64,000 nt of DNA from Hormiphora californensis (GCA_020137815.1 CM035357.1:372001-436000); one strand, 5' to 3'. Shown: positions 1 through 25,500, counted from the stretch's first letter. Translations and numbers: made by a program. The notes: a model not told the origin generated them from the letters alone.

Positions 1-597
1 TTATTACCAAACTATCCAATAGTTGATCAGTTATTGAGTTTAAATGGATCTTTTGGTGACATCTGGCTCGACCCCCGCTCAATCTCGGTCGCGCCAGGTG
101 TCTATGTCACCAACACCACCTTCATATATCGATGAATAAGGCCAAATTGGATTGTTCATACAAAGTGTCATCAGCTGCGACCGATCATAATGGCCAAATA
201 GTTGGTCCATAAAAGTAATAATTAGTACAAAGAACTCAGTACATTTATTTGGCAGCAATCTATTAATACCCGCTGAGAGATTTATCAGTATTGTCTATCA
301 TGTGTCCCACAATCTATATCATTTGATAATGTCTTATCTATATATCACTCCTCCGTGCTGCACTGCTTGTGTTCATGGGGCATCCACCAATAGGAGAGCT
401 TCTACCCATATCTATAGTATTTACTGAGAGCTTCATCTGACCCATATTCTACTAGATATAATGGGATGGGATACAGCTAGATATTATCTAGTATATCTAT
501 TAAACTGCTCTGTGCTGCTCCGTCACATCACACATATTATATCTAGTATATCTATAATATTGAACTGCTCTGTGCTGCTCCAGTGCTCCAATCTCCG

Positions 598-13597
<13,000 letters not shown>

Positions 13598-13753
13598 GAT
13601 TAAAGTACAGTGATGTATAAATCAGATGTATCTTGAATCTGAAACTCCTTTATCTATAAATCGAGCTATCAGTTATCAGGGAGTCCAATATCAGCAAACA
13701 GTAAAACACACGGTGTAAGCAAAGTAAATGTGCGTCTGAGCGTGTATTTTTTC

Positions 13754-13781
13754 CCTCTCTCTCTGTCTCTCTCTCTGTCTC

Positions 13782-13859
<78 letters not shown>
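13754..13859. repeat. (CT)n microsatellite upstream of the CaaX gene
   Basis: Dinucleotide run with a few ctgt interruptions. Confidence 0.95.
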
Positions 13860-13863
<4 letters not shown>

Positions 13864-14086
13864 CCTCCCTGTTAAATAATTTTTTGGCCATTATACCATC
13901 AGAGCTCCGCGGAGTTATATTTTCACCTCAAAAGTACCCCATATATTTTGCATGACACACCCCATATAATATTCGTCTTTCCCCTACATCGAGCCACCGC
14001 TTAATGGCATATATTCATGCCAACAGGTATACTGAGGTTATACACAAGCTATATAATCAGAGCATATATAATCATTATATTAAATA

Positions 14087-14720
14087 CTAGTAGCGCCCGT
14101 TCGCCCTACGGGCGAATTTCTGGGAAATGGTAGCTTGATTAAGGAACGCTGACATCACCTGCGTCCTGCACCATCCGTTCCTAGCCTATCTCGCACTTTC
14201 TCCCTACCCATGTTGTTGTACGCTCTGGGCTTCCTGACAATGTCAAGGTGCGAGCTTAAGAGATCAATGTCAGGGAGGTGCAGTGCTGTTCCAGAAAATC
14301 ATCACGTGAAAACTTGGCCGCTATGACTGTAGCCGATTCGGAGATTTCTATATTCGACTGGAGTAGGTAATCACCCTTGGGCGACGTTGGGTAAAGCTAT
14401 CAGTAGTCGTTGATTGGCTCGCTTGAACACGTTGGCGTAATCTGTCATATTCTCTAGCCTGCTCCCTGACAGCAGCAGTTCTCCTGGACCTAGATAAACG
14501 TTGCCTAATAGCGCTAGACTTCAGGACAGAAGTAAAAGAATGCACGTGCAGAATTGAATTCCCCTTGGTACCCAACTGCGACCGGGAGAGAGGTCTCCAG
14601 GTCCCTCTATTAATTGCACGTGCAAGTGTAGTTGCTAGGTGACCTGTGTCACACAATTTGCTTAGTAAGTAAGTATGATGTGGTGTCGAGAAAGTTCTAA
14701 TTGCAGCACCTTAACTAATA
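14087..14720 (-). mobile_element. Possible Helitron relic
   Basis: Minus-strand 3' end has hairpin ttcgcccgtagggcgaa shortly before CTAG|T. ORF fragment RQRLSRSRRTAAVREQAREYDRLRQR resembles charged N-terminal repeats of RepHel proteins. 5' boundary unclear. Confidence 0.4.
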
Positions 14721-16600
14721 ACTAGGCCATATAATACTGCTGCATGTCCTTCTCTCTCTCTGTATTTATTAGTTTTTTCATTTTTCAATTATTGTAAAAA
14801 GTACAGCAGCATCGCAGCTTGCTCAGGCCATTCCGCGTAACACGTGGTATATGTTAACATATTACATTCCGCATAACACGTGGTATGTGTTAACATATTA
14901 CAGATTGTGCTATTCAGATATATCATATATATTTTTGACCTTTTTGAAAACTTGCTCTTTCTCTATATGCGACCATTGATATGGTACGGCAGATCACTTA
15001 CTATACAGCTCAACGGGGGGAACTCAGAAATGAGTTCCTCGTGCCAGCTGAGCTCTTCGAGCTCAGTCCCGTTGCCGTGGACCTGTTGGCTGATGGTCCA
15101 GTGATTACGGTCAAATCACACCGGCTCTCTCCCCAAGTACGGGGAGTAAAATTTTGCCAGAGACCTAGCCGGACTCAATTTATGGCGCCGAGCTCTTGCA
15201 GTGATACTATCCCAGTTGAACTGACAATCTCACTTGTAAATAGGGTCTATCCCTAGGTTGGGTAAACGAGACCTATTAAGTTAGATCTCGGTTACCAAGC
15301 CTACTTAATCGCGGTCGCTGTTGACCATTATGAATTCAGCACATAATCTACTTAACACTAACCATAAACCCCCCTACAGGCCCTACAACTCAACCAACAA
15401 GAAGTAGCGCGCAAAGAACAATGCCCCAGAGCCCAAAGAAAGTGCACTCTTGCAGCATTCCGAGCGCGCGGCCATAACATTGTTATCTCTAAAATGACAT
15501 CATATAACACACACTCTCCATACTTAGCAATGTCTGGGAGAGGCAAACACCAGGCCAAGAGAGGAAAGAAGAGGAGTCGTTCCCCCAGTTCCTCACTATC
15601 CTCCATCGAACAGGCTAGGAAGAGATGCAAGATGCTGGAAATGTAAGTCCCTCTTTCTTCTGCTCCTAAAAACTATACCGCACAACCTCAACAACTACGA
15701 GTGAAGTCTTTCTAACACGCCCCCGCCTCAGGAAAGCGGCCCAACTCGAAGGCGGTGTACTTTACCACCGGGAGTTCCTGCAGATCCAGGACAAGGATTA
15801 CGCTGCATATGAACTCGCCCTGCTACCCCTCTGTGCGGAGCTAGGCATTACACTTCACCGCTCTAAATCTGGCAGAGCGATATTTGTCAAAGGCAAGGAG
15901 AATCTGGTACCTGAAAGGGTCCCGAGAGAATTAATCTATATCCCCAGGTAAGACAGCACCCCCTCCCCTCTCTTAAACTTATCACAAATTGAAACCACAC
16001 ATGAACTAACCACATTGCCCCCCAACAGGCTCGAATCGCATAGTGATTACCTCCGAATAACTCTGCCCTCACACACTCCCGTGAGCCTTCTACAAACCCA
16101 GGAAACCATCCAAATAGTGATCAACGGGCTAACCAAGAACAAGGTAAAGTCAGATGACCCAAAAGCCGTGTGCAAGCCGCTGTTACCTCCAAAAATGAAC
16201 AAGGTATGTACCCAACTGTATATTGAACTGCCCCCCAAGGCAACGGTCACAGGCCTGGACCCCTCAGATTGGGCATTCCATGTATTTAAACCTTACTCAG
16301 TTGAGCATATAAAAAAGAAAAAGGCAACGACGGAATTGATGGACGTCTAGCATGTTTACGCACTAGCACAGATGTATTTTCTTGAATAAGTATTGCTGTA
16401 TTGTGTTATTTTGTCGGGATTTAAAAATGCTGATTGTTAAAGATTCTTTCCCCTTTTTAACTTCCTAAAACAAAGAAAGCATGGGCTGTTTCTTATCTCC
16501 TTCTTCTTTTTCCTGCATTACCACAGCACGAAAAACAAACCCCCCCTGTTTTATCCAGGTCTTACCCAACTACAACTCTAACACCAACTAACTCCTAGCT

Positions 16601-18397
16601 ATGTCCCCCCCATCAGGAAGACGACGAAAACGCTACAAATCCCATCCTACACCAGTCAGTAACCCCGTTACACATGACACCACCGCTACATATAGCACCC
16701 CCGCCAGTAACTCCGTTACACATGGCACTCCCGCCAGTAACCCAGTTACACATGGCACCCCCACCAGTAACCCAGTTACACATGGTACCCCTGCGAACAT
16801 ATGCACCCCCGCCAGTAACCCAGTTACACATGGCACCCTCACCAGTAACCCAGTTACACATGGTACCCCTGCAAAATCATGCAACCCAGCAAGTTACACT
16901 GGTACACACAGCTCCCCTGCTAACAGTAACACCTCCGCTAGAAAACACAACACCTACAACAACTCTATAGGTTCCGCTGCTCCCCTACCCAACATAAATA
17001 ACACAGTCCCACCACACGTTAAACCAAACAAACGTAAAAAAATTAACCACGACAATTTCTTCACAGAGATAATCCAGCACAATCTGCACACCGAGATAGG
17101 AGCAACAAAAGACATCATGGGAAAGCTGGCAAACAACAAATTCTTAGCTCTCCAAGAACCATACACAGGTAATAACGATAGAGTAAAATTTGTACCAAGA
17201 AATGCCCGTTGCTTCGCCAAAGATCATGTAAAGCCAAAAGCGTGTATAATTGCCCCAAATAACATGGCCAAAAACGCACACCTACTAGCTACCCTAACTA
17301 ATGAAGAAATAGTCAGCATCAGATACAAATTTGACAGCAACAAAACCATAGTAATCACCTCAGCATACCTTGCTGCCCCAAAAGGACAGCAACAAATTAA
17401 CCCTGACACTGAATCCAAACTCCTCCAGACAAGCAAATATGTACGGGAGAAAAACATCGCCTGGATAATCTGCACCGACTCTAACGCCCGCAACCAAGCC
17501 TGGGGAGACCGAATCACGAACGACAGAGGTATCACCCTAGAGAGTATCCTTGAGGAAGAACAGCTTCTGATAGAAAACACATCTAATGAACCCACCTTCG
17601 TAAGTAAAAACGGTAAATCCCTAATTGACCTGACCATTACGAACGACAAAGCGCATTCTAGAATCCAAAAATGGTCCCTTGTCGACCCACCCCTTTCCGA
17701 CCATAAAAGGATTCACATTAAGATTAATCTAGGTAACCTAGAAGTAGAGAAGGTCAAACTACCAAAAAATACAGACATGACCCGCTATAGGGAACTGGTA
17801 ACCAAGAAATTCCATAAGATAGCAATTTCTGTAAACCCTGACCAGCACTCGATGAACAAAGAGTATAGGGATATCTGTGACGCACTAACCTCCTCCTTTG
17901 AAGAGGCCACTCCAACCACAGTCATAAACCACCTTAAATCCTCCCCATGGTCTCCACTAGCCACTGCCATTAAGCAGGAACTAAAACCTCTAAAAAAAGC
18001 TACAAACAAAACGGACGAAACCCGTGCTGAAATCAGTAGATTGAAAAAAGCCCTAGGGGATGAAATTAAAGGCTGCGAAGATAAACTTTGGAAAGAAAAA
18101 ATCTCAAAACTAAAGACCATCAAAGCGGTTGCCCAACAAATGAAAAAACAGTCAAAACCACAGGTAAAAATTTCAAAAATTGACACTGACCCCCACACAT
18201 CCTCAGATGATCCAGCAACAATCCTAAAGACGATTGCGGACACACATTTTCCCACAAACCCTGAAGAAACCAGAAATCCCTGGAAACAAAAGAATAAAAT
18301 CGACACACCAGTCGAAGACCAACTAAAGTTAAAACATCTCAACAAAGCTATCAAGCAGGTAAAAAGGGCCATTTGCACACCCAATCAGCTACCCTAA
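16601..18397 (+). pseudogene. Outer-element ORF2 5' part: 10-aa repeats (TPASNPVTHG), AP-like endonuclease, linker; RT missing
   Basis: Motifs QHNLH, LQEP, SAY, DSNA..WG..N.RG, PTF, IDLT, SDH. The sequence jumps from the pre-RT helix (LNKAIKQVK) to post-RT sequence (ILAGVEPL, another frame). Confidence 0.85.
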
Positions 18398-18743
18398 CTA
18401 TACTAGCAGGAGTGGAGCCACTGATCTTCCTTATAAACAAAGAAAGGGTAAACAATTACATCCACCTCACCATTAACAACAACTGGTGGTCCGACCCAAA
18501 CCACGGCACACGGGCTAAACTCACCCATTCGAAAGACATAGAAAACTACCTACGTCGCCTAAACCCAGAAGCTGGATTAGATATGTCCCCCACCCAATCA
18601 ATAACCTTCTCCCAAAACGAAAATATCCAAACAGACGGAACCATCGAAATCTACACATTGCTCTCTACACATTTTGTCACGGCTCTTGCACAGTACTCGT
18701 TGTAATCTACTTCCTACTTGCGAGACGCCCCAACAAGCTTAAC

Positions 18744-19032
18744 TCTACCGACAAGAGCATTCCACACTGTGGGTTCTTTACAAACTGGTAAATTACTACA
18801 TCCCTATTTACCAATTGAATTGAATTCATAACACCACCCCATTTCCTGTGTGACGGGGTGACATCCTCCATCCCGAAACGGAACGATATCTACCAACAAG
18901 AGCATTCCACACTGTGGGTTCTTTACAAACTGGTAAATTACTACATCCCTATTTACCAATTGAATTGAATTCATAACACCACCCCATTTCCTGTGTGACG
19001 GTGACATCCCCCATCCTGAACCGGATCGATAT
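18744..19032 (+). repeat. 145-bp tandem duplication in inner-element 5' UTR
   Basis: Near-identical units start at 18744 and 18889. Confidence 0.92.
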
Positions 19033-19362
19033 CCTATCCTTCCCTTACTCTCTCTACTCGGTACTGGTGACGGTACGCGGGCCCCTGAACTCTCAGGTAA
19101 GCAGCTACTACCCCACCGTTACCATACCATTTTCTGACAACCCTTCCCTTCCCCCACCGAGATCTGTCTGTTCAACTGTGCTGGTAGGATTAGGAAAGAG
19201 CCTACACCAGAGTCTTTGGTCAGCATCAGCAAGGTTTGAATTTCAAGAAATCACTTGTCAAGCCACCTGCCCTGAACAGTCCAGCTGCTATTTACATCCC
19301 TTCCTTCCGTCTATCCTTCCTACCCTTTCTGTGAACCAGGAAAAAAGTTAGGGAGCCCCGCA

Positions 19363-19450
19363 AAAAATTTCCACGGTCGGGACTCGATCCACCCTCCCTC
19401 CTGTCCCTCCGCGCGGTAACCAAAGCGTCATACCACTCGGCCACGGAGGC
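19363..19450 (-). ncRNA. tRNA-derived Pol III-type unit, antisense within the inner-element 5' UTR
   Basis: Minus strand has A box TGGCCGAGTGG, B box GGATCGAGTCC and a T6 run immediately downstream; cloverleaf is degenerate. Confidence 0.6.
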
Positions 19451-19481
19451 GACGAGAAATCAGCAATCAAGCCAAGTATAT

Positions 19482-22400
19482 ATGCAATCTCTGTGGAGTT
19501 TCAACCTAGGTTGGGGTGGAACTGCACCCACTACACCCGTTGCACCCGTCGATAGCAATGCAGACAAAGTCGAAGAAACCATTGAAGGCACCGGACAAGA
19601 GACTTTTAGCACCCCCGCCAGGATCATGAGGAAGCTTCCAAGTAGCATTAGACGGTCGTCTCCATATCTGCAACCTGCAGTTATAAGAGACAAGCTAAAG
19701 TTAGGAAGAAGACGTCGGACTATGTCAGCCCCATCCTCCCCCTCACATCGCCTTGCCCCAGCAGAATATCTTACGCTCGGGGCAGTAGGAGGCATCCGAT
19801 GTCTCAAAATGGAATCGGATGGAGTTTTGAAGATAGCGAATACTGCACATGGTCCTATTCTTCACAGATCCAGCACAGTAATTGGAGATGATTTTTCTTC
19901 AGATCGTGCAGAACTAGCTAAACAACTAGCGCAGGACATGCCCAGTGATGCTGCAGATGATCAATGTAACTTTAAAATACGGATCGGTAATTCTGGCACT
20001 GCCCAACTTTACTCTGATCTCGTCAAAACATTACAAAATCATCTGAAATCCTCTCTTCCAGCTGCAGCTCCCAGAAATCTGTCAATACTAGACACTCTAA
20101 TGGTGTCCTACACACGCGACAGCTGGATACCTGTCAGGTTTGATGGCACATCCACCAAGCCACTCGTGATACTCAACATTGGGTCAGAACAAATAATCCA
20201 CATGAGGAGCAAACACAACACCCTGGTGATAGATGTGCCCATGCCCCCTTTATCTGTGCTCTGTGTGGATCCCACCAAAGAATGGTCCAGTATCAACGTG
20301 GTTAAAGGACCTGATGAGACCTCTCCTGATCACCACTTCTGGGTGTTACTCACAGAATCTGTCCAACAAGAGGAGAAACAAGAAATAGCATCCCCCGATC
20401 TCAATACTACCAACCTGAAGATCGAACCTAGTATCTCCGATAGATCTCCCTCACCACTACCAACTGCATTATCCCCAGCTACCACTGAGTATCCTCTCAC
20501 AGTCAAAACTCCAGATAGTATTGGAAGCAATTCCAAAGCTGATAAATCTATTGACTGTATTAAATCCCCCACACCGAGCAGCTTCAATTCTGAAAGTCCC
20601 GGATTTGATAGTGACCGTTTCGTCAACTGGGAGATGACTGTTAACATGGTGAACTCCGCCAGAGTTAGTATCCTGAACAAGTTGATGGACGCAGCCAAGC
20701 TCCCACGTACACCAGGAATGGATCCATACTGCTCCAGACAAAACCTGCTCAACAAATTTCAGAAAATATATGAGGGTCAGGAATTCCCAACCCCTGAATT
20801 GTGCAGCACCATGCTAGACCAACTTACCAGTAAGGCCATAGAGAACGAAATTGTCCGTCTTGAGATAAACTTGGGAAGTTCATCATCTCTAAAGGACAAG
20901 AAAAAGGCGCTAGTTGATAGATGGTGCACCCGACAGAGCGCTAGTGACATCAGATCTGACAGCCACGTATCCACCACAAAATCTGATAAAAAACGTGAGA
21001 AAAAGAGGAAGAAAAAGTTGATGAAGCAACTATCAAAATCAAGTCAACTCTCAAATGAGGAAAAGCCTGCTCCGACTTCCGAGTCAGTGGAACCCGAAGC
21101 ACCTGTGACTTGTGCTGCTAGTAAATCAAGTGAGCCCAAGACCCAAATTCCCTCTAAACCAATCACCACCAGTTATCCCCCAGATGATATCTCCAACAAC
21201 CGGCCAATCAAAGTTCTAGAAGAGAGCCTGCTCCATTTGAAAGCTGAAGTAGCCAGTAACCGTCACATCGTGGATCTGCTGATTGACGAGGAGGGCAACA
21301 AGCCGAAGAAGTCCAAAAAGCTATCAACATCCAACGCCACTGAACCCGATCGAGTTAACGAACTTCTGAAGAAAATAGACCACCTCACCTCCATCAATCA
21401 GACCTTAGTTACGAAAGTGGACAAGCTCGCGGATTCAAACACCACTTTGGCAGATGCGGTTGGTCGAATTACAGAACAGAATGAGCTCCTCAAATGTGAA
21501 CTCAATGAGCTCAAGTGCGCCCACAGTACACTATTGGAAGCTCACAACTCTGCAATACTCCGCATACAGAATCTAGAAACCCGATCCTCCAACATGAATG
21601 CTGATATACTCCGACTGACAGAAAGTACGGAGGTGACACAAATGAATATTGCTGAAACCCCTGTCAGGCAGCCTACCCCTGTGGCGGTGGAACCTGAAGA
21701 ACAATCACACGTCCCAGACCAATTAAGGGACCTAGATACAGAAGTTGATGTCGACCAGAGCAACGTAAACGATGTCAACGGACTCTCTGACTCATATGCA
21801 TCAGCTATATCTAGCAGCAATGGAGCTCCTGTTGAACAGCCGACCGGCACGGGTGTAGCTCAAGTCGTGGACCGGACAACAAGACCCCCGGCAACTGACC
21901 CACGCTCTGCAAGCGGAGATGAAGGGCACCTCACCGCAAGAAGACGGATTCGGACAGCAAGATCTTCAGGACCACCCGCTGCGAGAGAATCATATCGGCA
22001 CCACTTTGTTCTTGTAATACACGATGGTCTGTTCGACGGTTTCAACAAAGCAGCCTTCCCCCGATACCTGAGGCTGAAACTGGTGAAAATCAGAAGCCTG
22101 AAAAATCTAGCAACCACAGAAATGGATGCCTTCATACGCTCAGTTGAGAGATGGAAACCAGCATGCGTGTACATCCATACAGGCTGGAATGACGCTAGAG
22201 AAGCTACACTGCCACTCGAGATCGCCGACCACTGCAGAAAAATATCCGATGCTGTTCTATCTGTATCCACAGCAACACCCAATCTTTGCTTTTCTACACC
22301 TTTCCATGTTGGTACTGATAACAGTCCCCTGGCTGACAGAGTGGAAGACACGTCCAAAGCAATTTTCCAATTCGTGTCCCAATTTAGAAGTCATTCTCAG

Positions 22401-22580
22401 AGGGTATATTCATATACCAACGACGATCTCTGGAACTTCACGACGACCTACTCCGGCGAAGCAGGACCTGTGCTACCATCATGTGAGAGGGGAACAAAAA
22501 TGATGTGGGCCTCCCTGAGGAACGGTATAATCAAAACACTTCGCTTGCCCAATCCGAGAAACAACAGATCAGATGATTAA
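19482..22580 (+). CDS. Retrotransposon ORF1p: degenerate AlkB/2OG-Fe(II)-like region, coiled coil, SGNH esterase-like C-terminal domain
   Basis: 1032-aa intact ORF; heptad-rich segment ~21350-21630; VLVIHDG...VYIHTGWND corresponds to SGNH blocks I and III; overlaps ORF2 start (ATGATTAA). Confidence 0.85.
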   Translation: MQSLWSFNLGWGGTAPTTPVAPVDSNADKVEETIEGTGQETFSTPARIMRKLPSSIRRSSPYLQPAVIRDKLKLGRRRRTMSAPSSPSHRLAPAEYLTLGAVGGIRCLKMESDGVLKIANTAHGPILHRSSTVIGDDFSSDRAELAKQLAQDMPSDAADDQCNFKIRIGNSGTAQLYSDLVKTLQNHLKSSLPAAAPRNLSILDTLMVSYTRDSWIPVRFDGTSTKPLVILNIGSEQIIHMRSKHNTLVIDVPMPPLSVLCVDPTKEWSSINVVKGPDETSPDHHFWVLLTESVQQEEKQEIASPDLNTTNLKIEPSISDRSPSPLPTALSPATTEYPLTVKTPDSIGSNSKADKSIDCIKSPTPSSFNSESPGFDSDRFVNWEMTVNMVNSARVSILNKLMDAAKLPRTPGMDPYCSRQNLLNKFQKIYEGQEFPTPELCSTMLDQLTSKAIENEIVRLEINLGSSSSLKDKKKALVDRWCTRQSASDIRSDSHVSTTKSDKKREKKRKKKLMKQLSKSSQLSNEEKPAPTSESVEPEAPVTCAASKSSEPKTQIPSKPITTSYPPDDISNNRPIKVLEESLLHLKAEVASNRHIVDLLIDEEGNKPKKSKKLSTSNATEPDRVNELLKKIDHLTSINQTLVTKVDKLADSNTTLADAVGRITEQNELLKCELNELKCAHSTLLEAHNSAILRIQNLETRSSNMNADILRLTESTEVTQMNIAETPVRQPTPVAVEPEEQSHVPDQLRDLDTEVDVDQSNVNDVNGLSDSYASAISSSNGAPVEQPTGTGVAQVVDRTTRPPATDPRSASGDEGHLTARRRIRTARSSGPPAARESYRHHFVLVIHDGLFDGFNKAAFPRYLRLKLVKIRSLKNLATTEMDAFIRSVERWKPACVYIHTGWNDAREATLPLEIADHCRKISDAVLSVSTATPNLCFSTPFHVGTDNSPLADRVEDTSKAIFQFVSQFRSHSQRVYSYTNDDLWNFTTTYSGEAGPVLPSCERGTKMMWASLRNGIIKTLRLPNPRNNRSDD

Positions 22581-25500
22581 CATTAACAGTAAACCTCCGG
22601 GACTCAACTTTGTCTCGTGGAACATCCATGATGCCCGTTCAAGGATTGAAGGGAATAAAGTCGAGTTACCAGACTTCAGTTTAGTTACCTCGGCAGCTCA
22701 CTTCATCTGCCTGCAGGAAACTAAACGCCCAGTCACGATGGCGGGTTTCCGATGTTATAATTCCAACAGATCCAAATCAAGGTCTGGAGGAGTATGCATA
22801 GCGGTAAAAAACGAGATATCACATCTGGTGTCGCCCATCAATTGCGACCACCCTGATGTCGCGGCCATCCAGATTAATAAAGGTGTGCTCGGTGAGATGA
22901 CCATTCTTATTAGTGCTTATGACTCTCCTGATATGAGCTCCTATAAAAAGTCTGGCAAGTGCGTTGATGACGCGGTAACTGACACTATCACTGATATTAT
23001 CTCTGAACATAATGAATCGGTATCCACCATTATTATGGGAGATTTCAATGCCAGAACAGGAAACCAAATTGGGAATGCCCATCAAAGTATGCAGTCCAAC
23101 TTCTACAATGGCGTCGGCAACAGCAACCTCCTAGCCGGCATCAACTGTCCCCAACTGGCTATGCTACCTGAGCGTTCCTGTAAGGACTCGATAACTAACG
23201 CGAAGGGAAAAGCTTTTCTGGATTTTGTGAGAACTAACGGTCTTGTCATCAGCAACGGCAGAGTCTTAGGCGATATATTTGGTGAGGTGACATGCATCCG
23301 TCCTAATGGGGCGAGCTTGGTTGACTATTGCTGCACCGATCTCGACACCTATGAGAGGACTAGCTCTTTTCATGTGGGCCCTGTCTCCCCAATATCTGAC
23401 CACAGGCCAATTCACCTTTCCGTCAAGAAACAATCTATATCTACCTGCTACCAAACCCTGATAAGCCCCCAACAAGCACCGCGTGGCTTTGCCTGGAACA
23501 CGAAGGACAACAAATCGAGTATTGACTTCCTACAATACCAAACTCAAAAGGAATTTGAAGAAGAACTAAAGCCCCTCCTCCTGTCACCACCCGAAAACCA
23601 GAATGATGTTCATGAACTAAACAACAGTGTTGTTGAAATATTCAGAAAACTAGCCTCTAGCACCTTGAAGATGAAGGGGAAGAAAAAGAACAAATTCCAA
23701 TGGTACGACAGAGAATGTGAGAAATCAAAAGAAGCTCTTGAGAAATGCTGCAAAAAGATATCTTCGAAATGTCAAGATAAAAAGATGAGCGAAGAATTTC
23801 ACTGCCAAAAGCGAACCTATCGCAAGCTTACCAGGAGAAAGAAAAACAGTTACAAGTGGAAACTGAACTCCAGAATATCTAACATGAACTCCCGCCAATT
23901 AAACTGGTCCGGAGTGAAGAAGCTCAAACATGAAACATCTGACGAGATTGACTTTGATGTCCTGGACCTACACAACTTCTACCTATTCTTCAAAAAGTTG
24001 TATTCCAGCAAGTGTGACAAACCGATCTCCGATCATCCTGATCCCTCTGATCCTGAGTTTTACAACACGAGCACTAACCAGCAAGCAGTATTTCTTCTAT
24101 GCCAACCAATCTCCAAAGCAGAGCTGTCCGATGCCATATCGCGACTAAAAACGAACAAAAGCCCCTCGATAGATCTGATTACTAACGAGATGCTTCGCTC
24201 CACATCTAATGTTACTAAAGACGTCCTTCTCACGCTTTTCAACGGTTGTCTCACTCACGGGTGCTACCCATGGAACACTTCTATCACTACTGTGATCCAC
24301 AAAAAAGGGGCGACAGACAACCCGGACAACTTTAGGGCGATCACCTTGGGTAGTTGCATAGGCAAGCTCTATAGTAATATCCTACTGACCCGTATGGCAG
24401 ACTTCAGAAAGTCCGTGTGCCCTGACACCGCCAACCAGCAAGGATTCGCTAAGGGTGCCCAGACCAGTGATCATGTCCTAACCCTTAAAACCATTCTGGA
24501 CAAGTATCTACACATAAAGAAGCGAAGGGTCATCGCCTGCTTTATTGACTATCGTAAAGCATTCGATACGGTATGCAGATCGGCTCTCCTGAAAAAGCTG
24601 GGCTCAATGGGCATATGTGGCAGCTTCTTCAACTGCATTTCCAACATGTACGAAAACTCATCCACTGCGATCAAACTCTCGGGAATGCTATCCGAATCGT
24701 TCTTTGTACGTATCGGTACGGAACAGGGGCACCCATTAAGCCCCGAGTTCTTTAAGATGTTCGTTGATGAGATGTCAAAGATGCTTAACAATACTAATGG
24801 ATCCTTCCCTATGCTAGGCGGAGTCAACATCACCCACCTATTATGGGCCGACGATATCGTGTTATTGGCATTAGACAGAGTTACCATGCTGAATCTCATT
24901 AGTGTAGTCGGTGAATATGCGACCAAATGGGAGCTCGAAGTAAACACTAGCAAAACCAAGATCCTAGTGTTCAACTCATCGGGGAGGATCCTAAAGGAAG
25001 CTAAAGGCTACTATCTACTCGGAAAAGAATTGGAAGCGGTGAAAGAATACACTTACCTGGGAATAACTTTCGTGGCCTCTGGTTCGTTGAAAACCGCCAT
25101 GAAAAACCTATCACTGAAAGCCACAAGAGCTATTTCAATACTGAGGAGGACTGTTGACGTTAATGCCCTATCAGCCTGGACAGTTTTCAAGCTGTATGAT
25201 GCTCTCATTGAGCCCATTCTGACCTACGGCTCACCGGTATGGCTTCCATCACTGGAGGTGGCCAAAGCTCTGGACCAGTCAACTAGCTGTGATACTTTTT
25301 TCAAGCGTCTAACCTCTGATACATCTGAGAAAGTGCACCTGAGATTCATTAAGTGGGCGCTTGGTGTCCATAAAAAAGCCACTAATACTGCTTGCTACGG
25401 AGACTCGGGCAGAGCTCCTACATTTATATCTGCGATCAACCGTGGTCTTTCTTACTTTGACCGAGTAATGTCAAAAGAAGCAGATGGTTCAATCCTAGGC

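Noticed and set aside
15011-15075. HDV-like ribozyme at the LINE 5' end (ttcctcgt resembles HDV L3)
   Set aside because: No P3 pairing, P1.1 GG or J4/2 arrangement could be built; the segment is better explained as a simple hairpin arm.
16613-24974. Many minus-strand ORFs inside the LINE ORFs
   Set aside because: Antisense shadows of long coding frames; no motifs.
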